Shown here in pieces: positions 1 to 8,064 of a stretch of DNA of 41,166 nucleotides (positions are counted from its first letter, which is position 1; every line of letters starts with the position of its first letter). The stretch is from positions 1-41,166 of IMG/VR virus record IMGVR_UViG_3300048574_000468, one strand, 5' to 3'. The DNA is from a virus (lineage: Duplodnaviria > Caudoviricetes). The position numbers and the translations under genes were made by a program. The notes beneath the pieces were generated by a model. It searched no databases, was not told the DNA's origin, and worked only from the letters and a program-made list of their open reading frames with translations.

Positions 1-33
1 CGATTTTGTGGTCATATTGCGACATCCCCCTTC

Positions 34-2133
34 TCATGCGAGCAAAAGCCCCGCGTTCATGTTGCGTTCCATCCGTTCCAACGCGGCATTTTGGCGATCG
101 GTGGTTTCGGCGATGCGTGCCAAGTGTTTTTCCATCTTCTCTTCGATGCTGCTGCCGGCGCCGAGCCCGGAGAGTGAATAGCCGCTAAACGTGCCTTCGA
201 CGGCCGATTTCGCGGCAGCTACGTTTCCGGAGATGTCGGGGATTCTTCCGAGTTTCGTGCCTGGCAACTCGGGCACATTCAGAGCAGCCTTGGCACGTGC
301 CGCCTCGGTCTTTGCATCGTCCCATTCCTTGCGAGCCGCGTCGACGGCCTCCTGAGATGCCTTCAGGTCGGCGGCATATTGTTCCTGCCGGGCGCGATGC
401 TTGGCGTTTCGCTCATCTTCGAGGTTTTTGAGTGCGCCGGTCCGTCCTTCTTCGATCTCTTTTTGGCGATCCGCAAAGCCCTGACCGGTCGCGCTCAATT
501 TCGCAGCCGTTTCCTGCCGTCGTTGCTCGGTCGCACGGTTGTGTTCCTCGTCGAGAGCCTTTTTGGCCCCTTCGGCAGATTGGGGATCGTATTGGCCCAT
601 GAGTTCCATCAGATCGATCCAACGCTTGCTGATCCAATTGGATGCCGAATTCCAGCCGCTTACGATTGAATCCGTAAAAACGGTCCAGGCGGCGCTCATG
701 CCGGTGACCAAGAGATTCCAACCTTGCTGAAAAATAGCCCAACCACTGGTCATGATTCGGGCAATGCCGTAGACGGCGTCGGTCCAGGTGCCGACAAAGA
801 TCTCCTTGAAACCGATCCACGTCTCGGTAAGCCAATTGATGCCTTTCTGCCACTCCATCTTGAGCATCGACCAAAGAACCTTAGCAGCCAGCGCGATGTC
901 GCCGGCCGACAGGGCATCGCCGATCGCGCCGAACGTGGTCATGATCTCGGACGCGAGACCGCGAAATGCTGCCGCAATACCGCTGATGGTGTCGCCGAGT
1001 GCCCCTGTGAAATAGAGCAGCGCAGCAATGCCGCCCCAAATAGCAGCAAATGCAGCAATTTGTCCCCAGGTCAGTGCGGTGAATGCGGCCGCGACAGCGC
1101 TGACGGCCGAGACAGCCCCGGTCCATGCCGTGGCCAAGAGCGAGCCCGCAACGGCAACCGTCGATCCGAGGAGTCGCACCGTACCGAGCACTAGGCCGAT
1201 CGCGCCGGCCATGTTTCGCAGAATTGCTGACAAGACGGTGAATGCGACGCCCGTGGCAACGATGGTTCCGGTGACTTGCAGCAGCACAACTGCCAAGCCG
1301 CGATGGTCTTTGATCCAATCGCGAACGGCAGCAATGATTTGGACAATGTGGTTGGTCATGTTTGTCAAATAGGGGATCAGCGCCCCGCCGATCACTCGGA
1401 CGCCGCTCATCATCACGTCGTGCAAATCGCCCAGGAGTTGGCCGAACCGCCGAGCCCCCTCGGCTGCCTCGCCGTTCATCGCCAGGCCTAATGTCTTTGC
1501 CCGAGCCTCCCACTTGGCAATGCCGTCGGAGCCTTGCAGAAGCAACGGCATCAGCTCCGTACCATTTCGGCCGAAGATTTTGACGGCGGCGGCGACACGT
1601 TCGGTTGGATTCTGAATGGCGGCGATCCGATCGGCGATGCGGCGGAACTGCTGTTCAGGCAACAGACGACTGAGTTCGGCAGCGGAAAGGCCGATGGACG
1701 TCAAGGCTTCCGTGGCCTCCTTTCCACCACGTGCAGCCGCCGCAATGTTGACCTGCATCTTCTTGATGCCCGTGGCCAATTGCTCGACCTCGACATGGCT
1801 GCGGCGTGCGGCGTAGGCCAACGAAGAAATCGTCTGCACGCTCGTGCCAGCCTTTTCAGCCAGATCGGCCATTTCCGTACCGGACGATGCCGCCATCTTT
1901 GCGGCCGTGAGTAAACCAGAGAACATTCCCGCCGGCGAAGAAGCAAATCGAGCAATGGCCGCCAACGGCTCTGGTAATTCACCGCCATAGGCGTTTGCCC
2001 CCAAGCGACCGAGTGAGGCCGACCAACCACGGAGCCTCGCCTGCAAGGCCGAAAGGCCCTGGGTGACGCGGTTCTGTTCGAGAAAGATCTCGACATAGGC
2101 CGCACCTGCTCGAATTGCACCGGCGGTAGACAT
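34..2133 (-). CDS. Phage tail tape measure protein
   Basis: About 699 aa from MSTAGAIRAGAAYVE; Ala/Gly-rich helical protein with central hydrophobic stretch and periodic Trp/Phe repeats; follows the tail chaperone genes. Confidence 0.9.
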   Translation of the reverse strand: MSTAGAIRAGAAYVEIFLEQNRVTQGLSALQARLRGWSASLGRLGANAYGGELPEPLAAIARFASSPAGMFSGLLTAAKMAASSGTEMADLAEKAGTSVQTISSLAYAARRSHVEVEQLATGIKKMQVNIAAAARGGKEATEALTSIGLSAAELSRLLPEQQFRRIADRIAAIQNPTERVAAAVKIFGRNGTELMPLLLQGSDGIAKWEARAKTLGLAMNGEAAEGARRFGQLLGDLHDVMMSGVRVIGGALIPYLTNMTNHIVQIIAAVRDWIKDHRGLAVVLLQVTGTIVATGVAFTVLSAILRNMAGAIGLVLGTVRLLGSTVAVAGSLLATAWTGAVSAVSAVAAAFTALTWGQIAAFAAIWGGIAALLYFTGALGDTISGIAAAFRGLASEIMTTFGAIGDALSAGDIALAAKVLWSMLKMEWQKGINWLTETWIGFKEIFVGTWTDAVYGIARIMTSGWAIFQQGWNLLVTGMSAAWTVFTDSIVSGWNSASNWISKRWIDLMELMGQYDPQSAEGAKKALDEEHNRATEQRRQETAAKLSATGQGFADRQKEIEEGRTGALKNLEDERNAKHRARQEQYAADLKASQEAVDAARKEWDDAKTEAARAKAALNVPELPGTKLGRIPDISGNVAAAKSAVEGTFSGYSLSGLGAGSSIEEKMEKHLARIAETTDRQNAALERMERNMNAGLLLA

Positions 2134-2147
2134 GGCAATGGAAAAAG

Positions 2148-2236
2148 GAAACCACAGATGAATACGGATAGACACAGATCAGATGGGATTGTCTTTTGTT
2201 CCCCATCCGCGTTCATCTGTGTTTATCCGTGGTTTC
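2148..2236. repeat. Imperfect inverted repeat built from a 10-bp periodic unit (RRAYRCRGAT x3 per arm)
   Basis: Left arm 2148-2179 gaaaccacagatgaatacggatagacacagat; right arm 2205-2236 reverse complement gaaaccacggataaacacagatgaacgcggat; all differences are transitions. Confidence 0.85.
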
Positions 2237-2728
2237 TTTCGTGTTCTTGTGAAGTTGTTCACTTTCTCTACAAAGTGCTTTCAAGCAATCGACGCTGATT
2301 TTGATCTTCGTTTCCTTCGGCTTGCGTCTGCGGTCCGCAAATGGGTTGAAATCATTCGGCAAAAAAGGTCTTTTATGTTTTCTGACGTTCCGATGTGGGT
2401 TGGCCCCGATCGCAGCCAATAGTGCCGTCCGCTCCCACTCGGCCTTTTGACGCCCCTTGGCCATCGCGATCAACTCAGCGAGGGTTCTTGGCCCAGGATC
2501 GATCCCGATGACTCCTGCCAACTCGAAGCAGAGCCAGTACCATTGTTCGGCCGTGGCATTGGGAGTTTCTGAAGTTCTTGGAGTTCCGGCTCCAGAATTG
2601 CATCGATCGCCACGTCCAGGTCGCCCGCCGCCAATCTGGCTGCCATCAGCACCTTGGCCTTCTCGGCAAACGTCTGACTCTTCTCCAGCACCTTTCGGAG
2701 CACCGTCCGCCGGGCCAGTGGGAAAAAA
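2213..2728 (-). CDS. Tail assembly chaperone, frameshift (gpT-like) portion
   Basis: -1 frame relative to the upstream chaperone, open from the T TTT TTC heptamer to the stop at 2213; protein-like segment LAGVIGIDPGPRTLAELIAMA...DFNPF; lies between chaperone and tape measure. Confidence 0.7.
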   Translation of the reverse strand, partial: FFPTGPADGAPKGAGEESDVCREGQGADGSQIGGGRPGRGDRCNSGAGTPRTSETPNATAEQWYWLCFELAGVIGIDPGPRTLAELIAMAKGRQKAEWERTALLAAIGANPHRNVRKHKRPFLPNDFNPFADRRRKPKETKIKISVDCLKALCRESEQLHKNTKETTDKHR

Positions 2729-3042
2729 TCGATAGTTTCCTCCAAAATGCAATCCAACACTTTTTCCAACACGTCGCCGCCCATCGACCGGCCGAAATCC
2801 TCATCGCCCACGTTTTTCTCGTCGCACTGCGGCTTGCAGATCGCGTACGCGATATCGCAAACCAACGGTGGATACGCAATCACCTTCTTCAGAAGATCGC
2901 TATCAGGTTCCACCAACGAAAGGAGATTGATTTTGAGCGACTCGCCCATGTAGTCGAAGGTTGATTTCATCACCCGTTTGACGGAGTTGACGTCGATCGT
3001 AATCGCCCACTCTCGGCCTGTGGTGTCTCGAAACGTTTTCAT
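2470..3042 (-). CDS. Tail assembly chaperone (gpG-like)
   Basis: MKTFRDTTGREW...TIDFF; canonical position between tail tube and tape measure; Ser-rich C-terminus overlaps the next frame. Confidence 0.75.
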   Translation of the reverse strand: MKTFRDTTGREWAITIDVNSVKRVMKSTFDYMGESLKINLLSLVEPDSDLLKKVIAYPPLVCDIAYAICKPQCDEKNVGDEDFGRSMGGDVLEKVLDCILEETIDFFPLARRTVLRKVLEKSQTFAEKAKVLMAARLAAGDLDVAIDAILEPELQELQKLPMPRPNNGTGSASSWQESSGSILGQEPSLS

Positions 3043-3147
3043 TGCAAGGGCTCCGGTTTTCAAAGGTTGGCTTTCAGCTTTTGTTCTACCCTGTGGTATG
3101 CTGCGGCAACGATGGCCAGCCAAAACAGCCGGCTCGAAGTTCATGGA

Positions 3148-3576
3148 TTACGTTCCGGATGTCCCGGAACTCCATGTTGGATAACGGGTCAGATATGTGG
3201 GTTTGACGGTAAACTTGATGGTGACGCCCTCTTCAAGTTTCTGCTCGTCATCCATTTCCATGATCTCGAAATCGGCGTCGAGCCCTGCACCGTTGAGCTT
3301 GTCGGCAATCAGGAACGCGAGCGGTGTATCCGTGACGAATGCATTGATCATTGCTTGGAGGTGGGCATCGGCGGAATCCGACGTAAACTCGATATCGAAC
3401 TCAGCTTCCTTCATGGCCCCTTTGACGAGCGCCCACCGAGATGCTCGGCTACTGATCTTCGCCTCGCCTTTCTTCATCTTGAGCGAGATGTCCTTGCAGG
3501 TAGTGACCTCGGTCGTAGCGGTCTGCCCCGCCGTGCCGCGATAGAGTTTGGCGTCGAGGGATAAGTTGATAGGCAT
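3148..3576 (-). CDS. Major tail tube protein
   Basis: 142 aa from MPINLSLDAKLY with AAGGAG RBS; beta-rich pattern, size and position typical of a siphovirus tail tube. Confidence 0.8.
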   Translation of the reverse strand: MPINLSLDAKLYRGTAGQTATTEVTTCKDISLKMKKGEAKISSRASRWALVKGAMKEAEFDIEFTSDSADAHLQAMINAFVTDTPLAFLIADKLNGAGLDADFEIMEMDDEQKLEEGVTIKFTVKPTYLTRYPTWSSGTSGT

Positions 3577-3592
3577 TGCTACTCCTTGTGGT

Positions 3593-4252
3593 TCAATGAA
3601 CGGCGTTCGCCCACATTTCCGGCAACTTCGGGCGGTTTTCTTCGAGCGATGGCCCCATGTACGGTCGAGCCGCAATCGATGTCGGGCCGATTGTCAGCGG
3701 GCCATACATTTCCTCTTGTAGCCGATTCGCACGGTCCACCTGGGCTTGCGTCCGCATTCGGGCATAGGTGACCATTGCACCAAAACGATTTCGCTTGGTC
3801 GTTCGACTGGCGGGACCGTCGATGCGAATCTCGCCGCCATCGCCGACGTGACGAATGCGCCGCAACGGGTTCTTATGGCCTTGGGCCGTGCCACCGAGTT
3901 CCAACACGCGCGGAACAATCGCCATACCACGGAACGGCATCGGACCGATCACAACTGAATTGGTTTGCTCGTCGTAAGCGAAGAAAGTCAACTCACGTAG
4001 CGGCGAGTCCCTGCCGTGTTTCTTCGATTCATGGGCGTGTGGCGGGCTGCCTGGCTTGGAAACGCTTTCGGCGTACCGAATCTTGCCCTTCGCCGAGCGA
4101 CGTACAAATGCCCCGGCCTTCGAGAGTACCGAGGCTTTGGCACGGCCGATCCGATCGATCACGGCGCGACGATCGAAAAAGACCTTCGTCACCTGCGTGG
4201 TAACGCGGATATCCAGCATCCGGTCGGTCGCCATTCGCTTCATAACACCCAT
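3593..4252 (-). CDS. Tail completion / neck protein (HK97 gp10-like)
   Basis: Basic protein with SKPGSPP, LELGG and the C-terminal ARPYMGPSL motif typical of gp10-like proteins; position in the head-tail joining region. Confidence 0.7.
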   Translation of the reverse strand: MGVMKRMATDRMLDIRVTTQVTKVFFDRRAVIDRIGRAKASVLSKAGAFVRRSAKGKIRYAESVSKPGSPPHAHESKKHGRDSPLRELTFFAYDEQTNSVVIGPMPFRGMAIVPRVLELGGTAQGHKNPLRRIRHVGDGGEIRIDGPASRTTKRNRFGAMVTYARMRTQAQVDRANRLQEEMYGPLTIGPTSIAARPYMGPSLEENRPKLPEMWANAVH

Positions 4253-4261
4253 GTCAAAACC

Positions 4262-4711
4262 TCATCGCACAACGCGGTAGGTGAAGGCCAGGAGTCCGGT
4301 GAACTGGTTGGCCTCCTTCAAATGCTTGGGATCATAAATCGGTTTATGTTCTGTCTTCACACGTCGAACCTCAGGGCAGCTCGCCAACGTCCGATCCCGC
4401 AAAAAGTCGCGAATCTCCTCGCAAAGCTTCAGCAACTCGTCGAGCCTGGCCAGGGGGACGATGCCGCCGATCGGTTCGAATCGCTGCTGAACGGCGACAT
4501 GCAACTTGTGTTCTTCACGATCCCGTGATCGATCGTTCGGCTCGCCCTCGAACTCGGCCGGCACCACAGTCACATGCAACGTGGCCATGTCCTTGAGTTC
4601 GTACTCCGGCAAATACGCACGAACTGCCGTGAATGGTTGGCTAAACGTTTTGACATTCAATTCTGCAACCAGAGCGTCGGCGATTTGAACGGTGGTGCTG
4701 GCGTTTGCCAT
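4262..4711 (-). CDS. Probable tail terminator protein
   Basis: 149 aa alpha/beta protein (IADALVAELN...) upstream of the gp10-like and tube genes. Confidence 0.6.
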   Translation of the reverse strand: MANASTTVQIADALVAELNVKTFSQPFTAVRAYLPEYELKDMATLHVTVVPAEFEGEPNDRSRDREEHKLHVAVQQRFEPIGGIVPLARLDELLKLCEEIRDFLRDRTLASCPEVRRVKTEHKPIYDPKHLKEANQFTGLLAFTYRVVR

Positions 4712-5067
4712 TAGATCACCCCCAATTCCTTGCCCTTTGCTTCCAAGGCGGCATACATCACCACTTGGGCCAAGGCAAGCTTCTGGGCCGTGGACGCCGT
4801 CGCTAAGATTTGCGAGACCGCCGTGATTTGATCGGCGTTGTACTCGCTGGCCTCAAAAAGCCGTTCGATGTGCATCAAGTACCGAGTGTTGGGCATCAGC
4901 TCCTTGACGCCGCTTTCCAACGTGCGAAACGGCGTTACTTCCACATGGGCCTCCGCGTCTTGGTTGGGATCGGGCGCATCGATCAGGATTCGCTGGAACC
5001 AAGCGTGCTCGTAGGTCGCCGACTCACTTGCGGGCACAACGGCCGGAGCGGTCAATGAAACTGCCAT
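4711..5067 (-). CDS. Hypothetical protein, possible fibre chaperone
   Basis: 118 aa, AGGAG RBS, co-oriented directly after the fibre gene. Confidence 0.55.
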   Translation of the reverse strand: MAVSLTAPAVVPASESATYEHAWFQRILIDAPDPNQDAEAHVEVTPFRTLESGVKELMPNTRYLMHIERLFEASEYNADQITAVSQILATASTAQKLALAQVVMYAALEAKGKELGVI

Positions 5068-5082
5068 GTCCTTTGCTCCTCG

Positions 5083-6756
5083 CTAATAGAGAATCTCTTG
5101 GGATTGGATTGTGGCCGACCAACGGATGTTCGTGGCAGCAACACCCGTGACCGTGATCGCCAGACTCTTGTTTGTGTTGTCCGCCGTGATCGCCGGTACG
5201 GTCCAGCCCGACGGATTGATGTCTACGCCGACGGTTTGAACGGAACCCTCCAAGGAGATTGTGCCGCCGACGTTCTTAATGACCACCTGCCGCAGGAGGA
5301 ATGCCGAAGTTCCGTCCGATTGTCGGGCAGCGATCATCACTAGGCATGCGTAGGTCTTGCCCGTGGCGCAGATGAAACGATTGCTTGTGTTTTCGGTGGT
5401 CCCCGACGGCGCAGCGCCATCGATGGTCAGCTCGGCCGGCGTGGCATCGGCGGTCGCTCGACGCAGGACGATCTCCGTGTACTGAGAGTCGCCAGCAGCG
5501 GCGAATCGTCCCGACGCCAACGCCCGTTGATATTGCTTGTTGGTCGAGGAATAGTATCCGCTGGCATGTGCCCCCTGCGCCGATGCCGATGTGTAATAGC
5601 CCTCGGCATGCGTGTAATTGGCACTGGCCGTGTTGTGGTCACCTTCCACATGGGCCGAAGTGGATGATGCTGGCACAGAATTGTTGCTGCCCTCGACATG
5701 GGCCGAGTCTGAAAGTGCTACGTTCGCGCAGCCCTCCGTGTGGGCGTATCGGCCTTTGTTCTGACTCGCCACTCTGCCACTCGTGTGTGCTGGGGTAAGC
5801 GCCGAGTTGATGCTGAAGGTTGTGTTACTGCTTGCATACGTGGGGACCGACGAGACACTTCTCGCTTGCGACGCCTTCGAACCTGTAGCGCCAGACAACG
5901 ACCAGAAGAGAATGCTGTCGCCATTGGAGAAGTGGGAACGCACATCACCGGAAATCGTAACGGTCGTTCCGCTGATCGTGCAATAATCGCTGGCATAACC
6001 ACATTGGCTGCTACATCCCTCAGCATGAGAATAGTTGCCGGCTGCGGCAGTTGCCCCTCCTTCCGCATGGCAATACTGTCCACTGGCTACAGAAGCAGAA
6101 CCCTCGGCATGGGCGTAGTTTCCTCCGGCGACGCTGTTCGCCCCCTCTGCGTGTGTGTTGGCTCCAGCGGCAACCGTAGAGGCCCCCTCGGCGTGGGCAA
6201 CATCTCCAGTGGTGGTTCCTGTGCCCTCCTGTACCTTGCCTGACAAATAGTACATGCCATCTGTCTTGATCGCTACATCGGACTTCGGAACGCCTCGCAC
6301 CAGATTGCCGTCCGTGTCGTAGGATGCCAGATAGTCCCGCGCCATCGTGCCAAGTGCCACGGTAGCGGTGCCCGTTGCCCCGGCTAGCGGAGAATAAGAG
6401 CCGGTATCGGGTGCGACGACTGGGAAAACATACGAAGATGGCGCGGACCATCGCGACACCGCCGTGTTGACATCGCTGCCCTCACAGATTCTCCACCGCC
6501 ACGGGACGGCACTCTCGTATCGCATCCACCAACCACCGCCGATACGTTCGAATGCTGGCGAGTTGTTGTAAGAACCATTCTGGCGATACCATCCGGTAGC
6601 GTCGGGTGAGATATCGCCCGACACATACGCATGGCCGAGATCGGTTGGAACCTTGTCGGTTTTGGCAGCAAGATCACTTACCAAGTCGGTTACATCCGAT
6701 TGCGGATGGATGTGGGTGGGACTTTGGTATTGAACTGCTTGGTTGGCATCCATCAT
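5083..6756 (-). CDS. Virion fibre protein with 14-residue xHxEG beta-roll repeats
   Basis: N-terminal HIHPQSDVTDL..L..K fibre-type repeat; two blocks of AHAEG/AHVEG repeats (YadA-head-like); no signal peptide and no autotransporter barrel. Confidence 0.75.
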   Translation of the reverse strand: MMDANQAVQYQSPTHIHPQSDVTDLVSDLAAKTDKVPTDLGHAYVSGDISPDATGWYRQNGSYNNSPAFERIGGGWWMRYESAVPWRWRICEGSDVNTAVSRWSAPSSYVFPVVAPDTGSYSPLAGATGTATVALGTMARDYLASYDTDGNLVRGVPKSDVAIKTDGMYYLSGKVQEGTGTTTGDVAHAEGASTVAAGANTHAEGANSVAGGNYAHAEGSASVASGQYCHAEGGATAAAGNYSHAEGCSSQCGYASDYCTISGTTVTISGDVRSHFSNGDSILFWSLSGATGSKASQARSVSSVPTYASSNTTFSINSALTPAHTSGRVASQNKGRYAHTEGCANVALSDSAHVEGSNNSVPASSTSAHVEGDHNTASANYTHAEGYYTSASAQGAHASGYYSSTNKQYQRALASGRFAAAGDSQYTEIVLRRATADATPAELTIDGAAPSGTTENTSNRFICATGKTYACLVMIAARQSDGTSAFLLRQVVIKNVGGTISLEGSVQTVGVDINPSGWTVPAITADNTNKSLAITVTGVAATNIRWSATIQSQEILY

Positions 6757-6768
6757 CGGACTCTCCTG

Positions 6769-7245
6769 CTACACAAAGACGCGATAGGCCACACCCTCGC
6801 CGTTGACGCCAACTTTCACGAACACCTTGCTTGCATCGTCGATGCTCAATACAACGCCGGAAACCGAATTGGGCAGAAGCGGCATGTTTTGGCTTGTTAC
6901 ATCGCCCAGAAGAACCGGTTTTGTGTTGGTGCCAACGCCGTCGGCATTGCACAACGGGCCAATCCAGACACAACGACAGGGCGTGCTGGCGGCCACGAGC
7001 GATTCCGGCGTTGCTGCAGCGGCCACGGCCTTTACGCCACCGGCCAACGACGTGGGGGTGGCCAATACGGCGGCAAGATCCTTCAGCGTCTTGCCGCCCG
7101 GCGTACCGGCGATCCCGTCGACCATCCCCTGTACGTCGGTCTCTGCCACATCCACCTTCAAGTCGACGTCGCCGACCTTCACCAAGAGCGCGCCGGTCGC
7201 TTCGTCGATCTCCACGTCGGCCGATTGCAACCAGCGGCGAGTCAT
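6769..7245 (-). CDS. Small beta-rich virion protein (possible fibre/spike base)
   Basis: 158 aa, GGAGGA RBS, ATGA overlap with the upstream gene, beta-strand-rich C-terminal half. Confidence 0.55.
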   Translation of the reverse strand: MTRRWLQSADVEIDEATGALLVKVGDVDLKVDVAETDVQGMVDGIAGTPGGKTLKDLAAVLATPTSLAGGVKAVAAAATPESLVAASTPCRCVWIGPLCNADGVGTNTKPVLLGDVTSQNMPLLPNSVSGVVLSIDDASKVFVKVGVNGEGVAYRVFV

Positions 7246-7634
7246 GGCGTGTCCTCCGCAACAATTTGTTTGGTATGAACACGAAGCGTCTTCCGAAAGG
7301 CGTCACTATAACGCCAGCAAGGCTCTTTGCCTGGCGTCATCACTTCATACGAGTAGACTGCCCCATTCTGTGTTTCGCGAATACAATCTCCCCGTTGCGG
7401 CAGGATTGAGTGACCATCAAGCAGCAAATCGGCGGCAAGAATCAAAAAGTCGCGGGACTCGTGACGGATCAACACGCCATAGCCATCGTCCACCTCAAAG
7501 GTGGTTTTACCAACCGTGGCCAAGACCTCAGCGGCCAAGCTGCCGCGCACGTACTGTACCGTGGACGCGGCATGCTTGGTCCGCTGGGTTTCGAGCCAAT
7601 CAGACGACTTTTGCAAAAGGTTGGTCGCCATCAT
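7242..7634 (-). CDS. Head-tail joining (head closure, gpFII-like) protein
   Basis: 130 aa with RDFLI...PQRGDCIRE...YEV pattern; follows the capsid accessory gene. Confidence 0.7.
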   Translation of the reverse strand: MMATNLLQKSSDWLETQRTKHAASTVQYVRGSLAAEVLATVGKTTFEVDDGYGVLIRHESRDFLILAADLLLDGHSILPQRGDCIRETQNGAVYSYEVMTPGKEPCWRYSDAFRKTLRVHTKQIVAEDTP

Positions 7635-7662
7635 CTAATCCCTAATCCCCAACCTCTAATCC
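7635..7662. repeat. Heptamer tandem repeat (CTAATCC-like x4)
   Basis: ctaatcc ctaatcc ccaacct ctaatcc fills the intergenic gap. Confidence 0.8.
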
Positions 7663-7666
7663 CTTT

Positions 7667-8002
7667 TCACTGGCTCATCCGAACGCGAACCGTGGTGTCC
7701 GCGTCGGCCGCCACCTTCGTCGTCTTGCCCAAGAACGTGGCTCCATCTGCCGTGGCGGTGGCCACCTTGGTTGTGGCGTTCCAATAAACTTTCGTGCCAG
7801 CGGCGATGCCGGAGCCGGTTCCGATCGCCTTCGGAAAATCGAAGATGCCGGCAACGGCCAACGAACCGGGCCTGTTCGCTGCCAACGGCATGCGAGCAAC
7901 GCCTACCAAATCACCCTGCACCACCACATCGCCTGATGCCACATCGGCACTCGGCGTGTAGTCGATGGCGCCGCCGTCATGAACGAATACTACAAGTGCC
8001 AT
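7667..8002 (-). CDS. DUF2190-family capsid cement/decoration protein
   Basis: FVHDGGAIDYTP..DVASGDVVVQGDLVGVA...GIFDFPK...GTKVYW; immediately after the major capsid gene. Confidence 0.85.
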   Translation of the reverse strand: MALVVFVHDGGAIDYTPSADVASGDVVVQGDLVGVARMPLAANRPGSLAVAGIFDFPKAIGTGSGIAAGTKVYWNATTKVATATADGATFLGKTTKVAADADTTVRVRMSQ

Positions 8003-8037
8003 GGAATGGTCTCCTCGGTAAAGAGTTTTTCAGTTGT

Positions 8038-8058
8038 CCGATTCCAATCCCCAATCCC
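8038..8058. repeat. Heptamer tandem repeat (CAATCCC-like x3)
   Basis: ccgattc caatccc caatccc just past the capsid stop codon. Confidence 0.55.
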
Positions 8059-8064
8059 TCCAGC

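Noticed and set aside
5083-6756. YadA-like autotransporter virulence factor or diversity-generating retroelement target
   Set aside because: No signal peptide or barrel; no reverse transcriptase or template repeat seen in the window.
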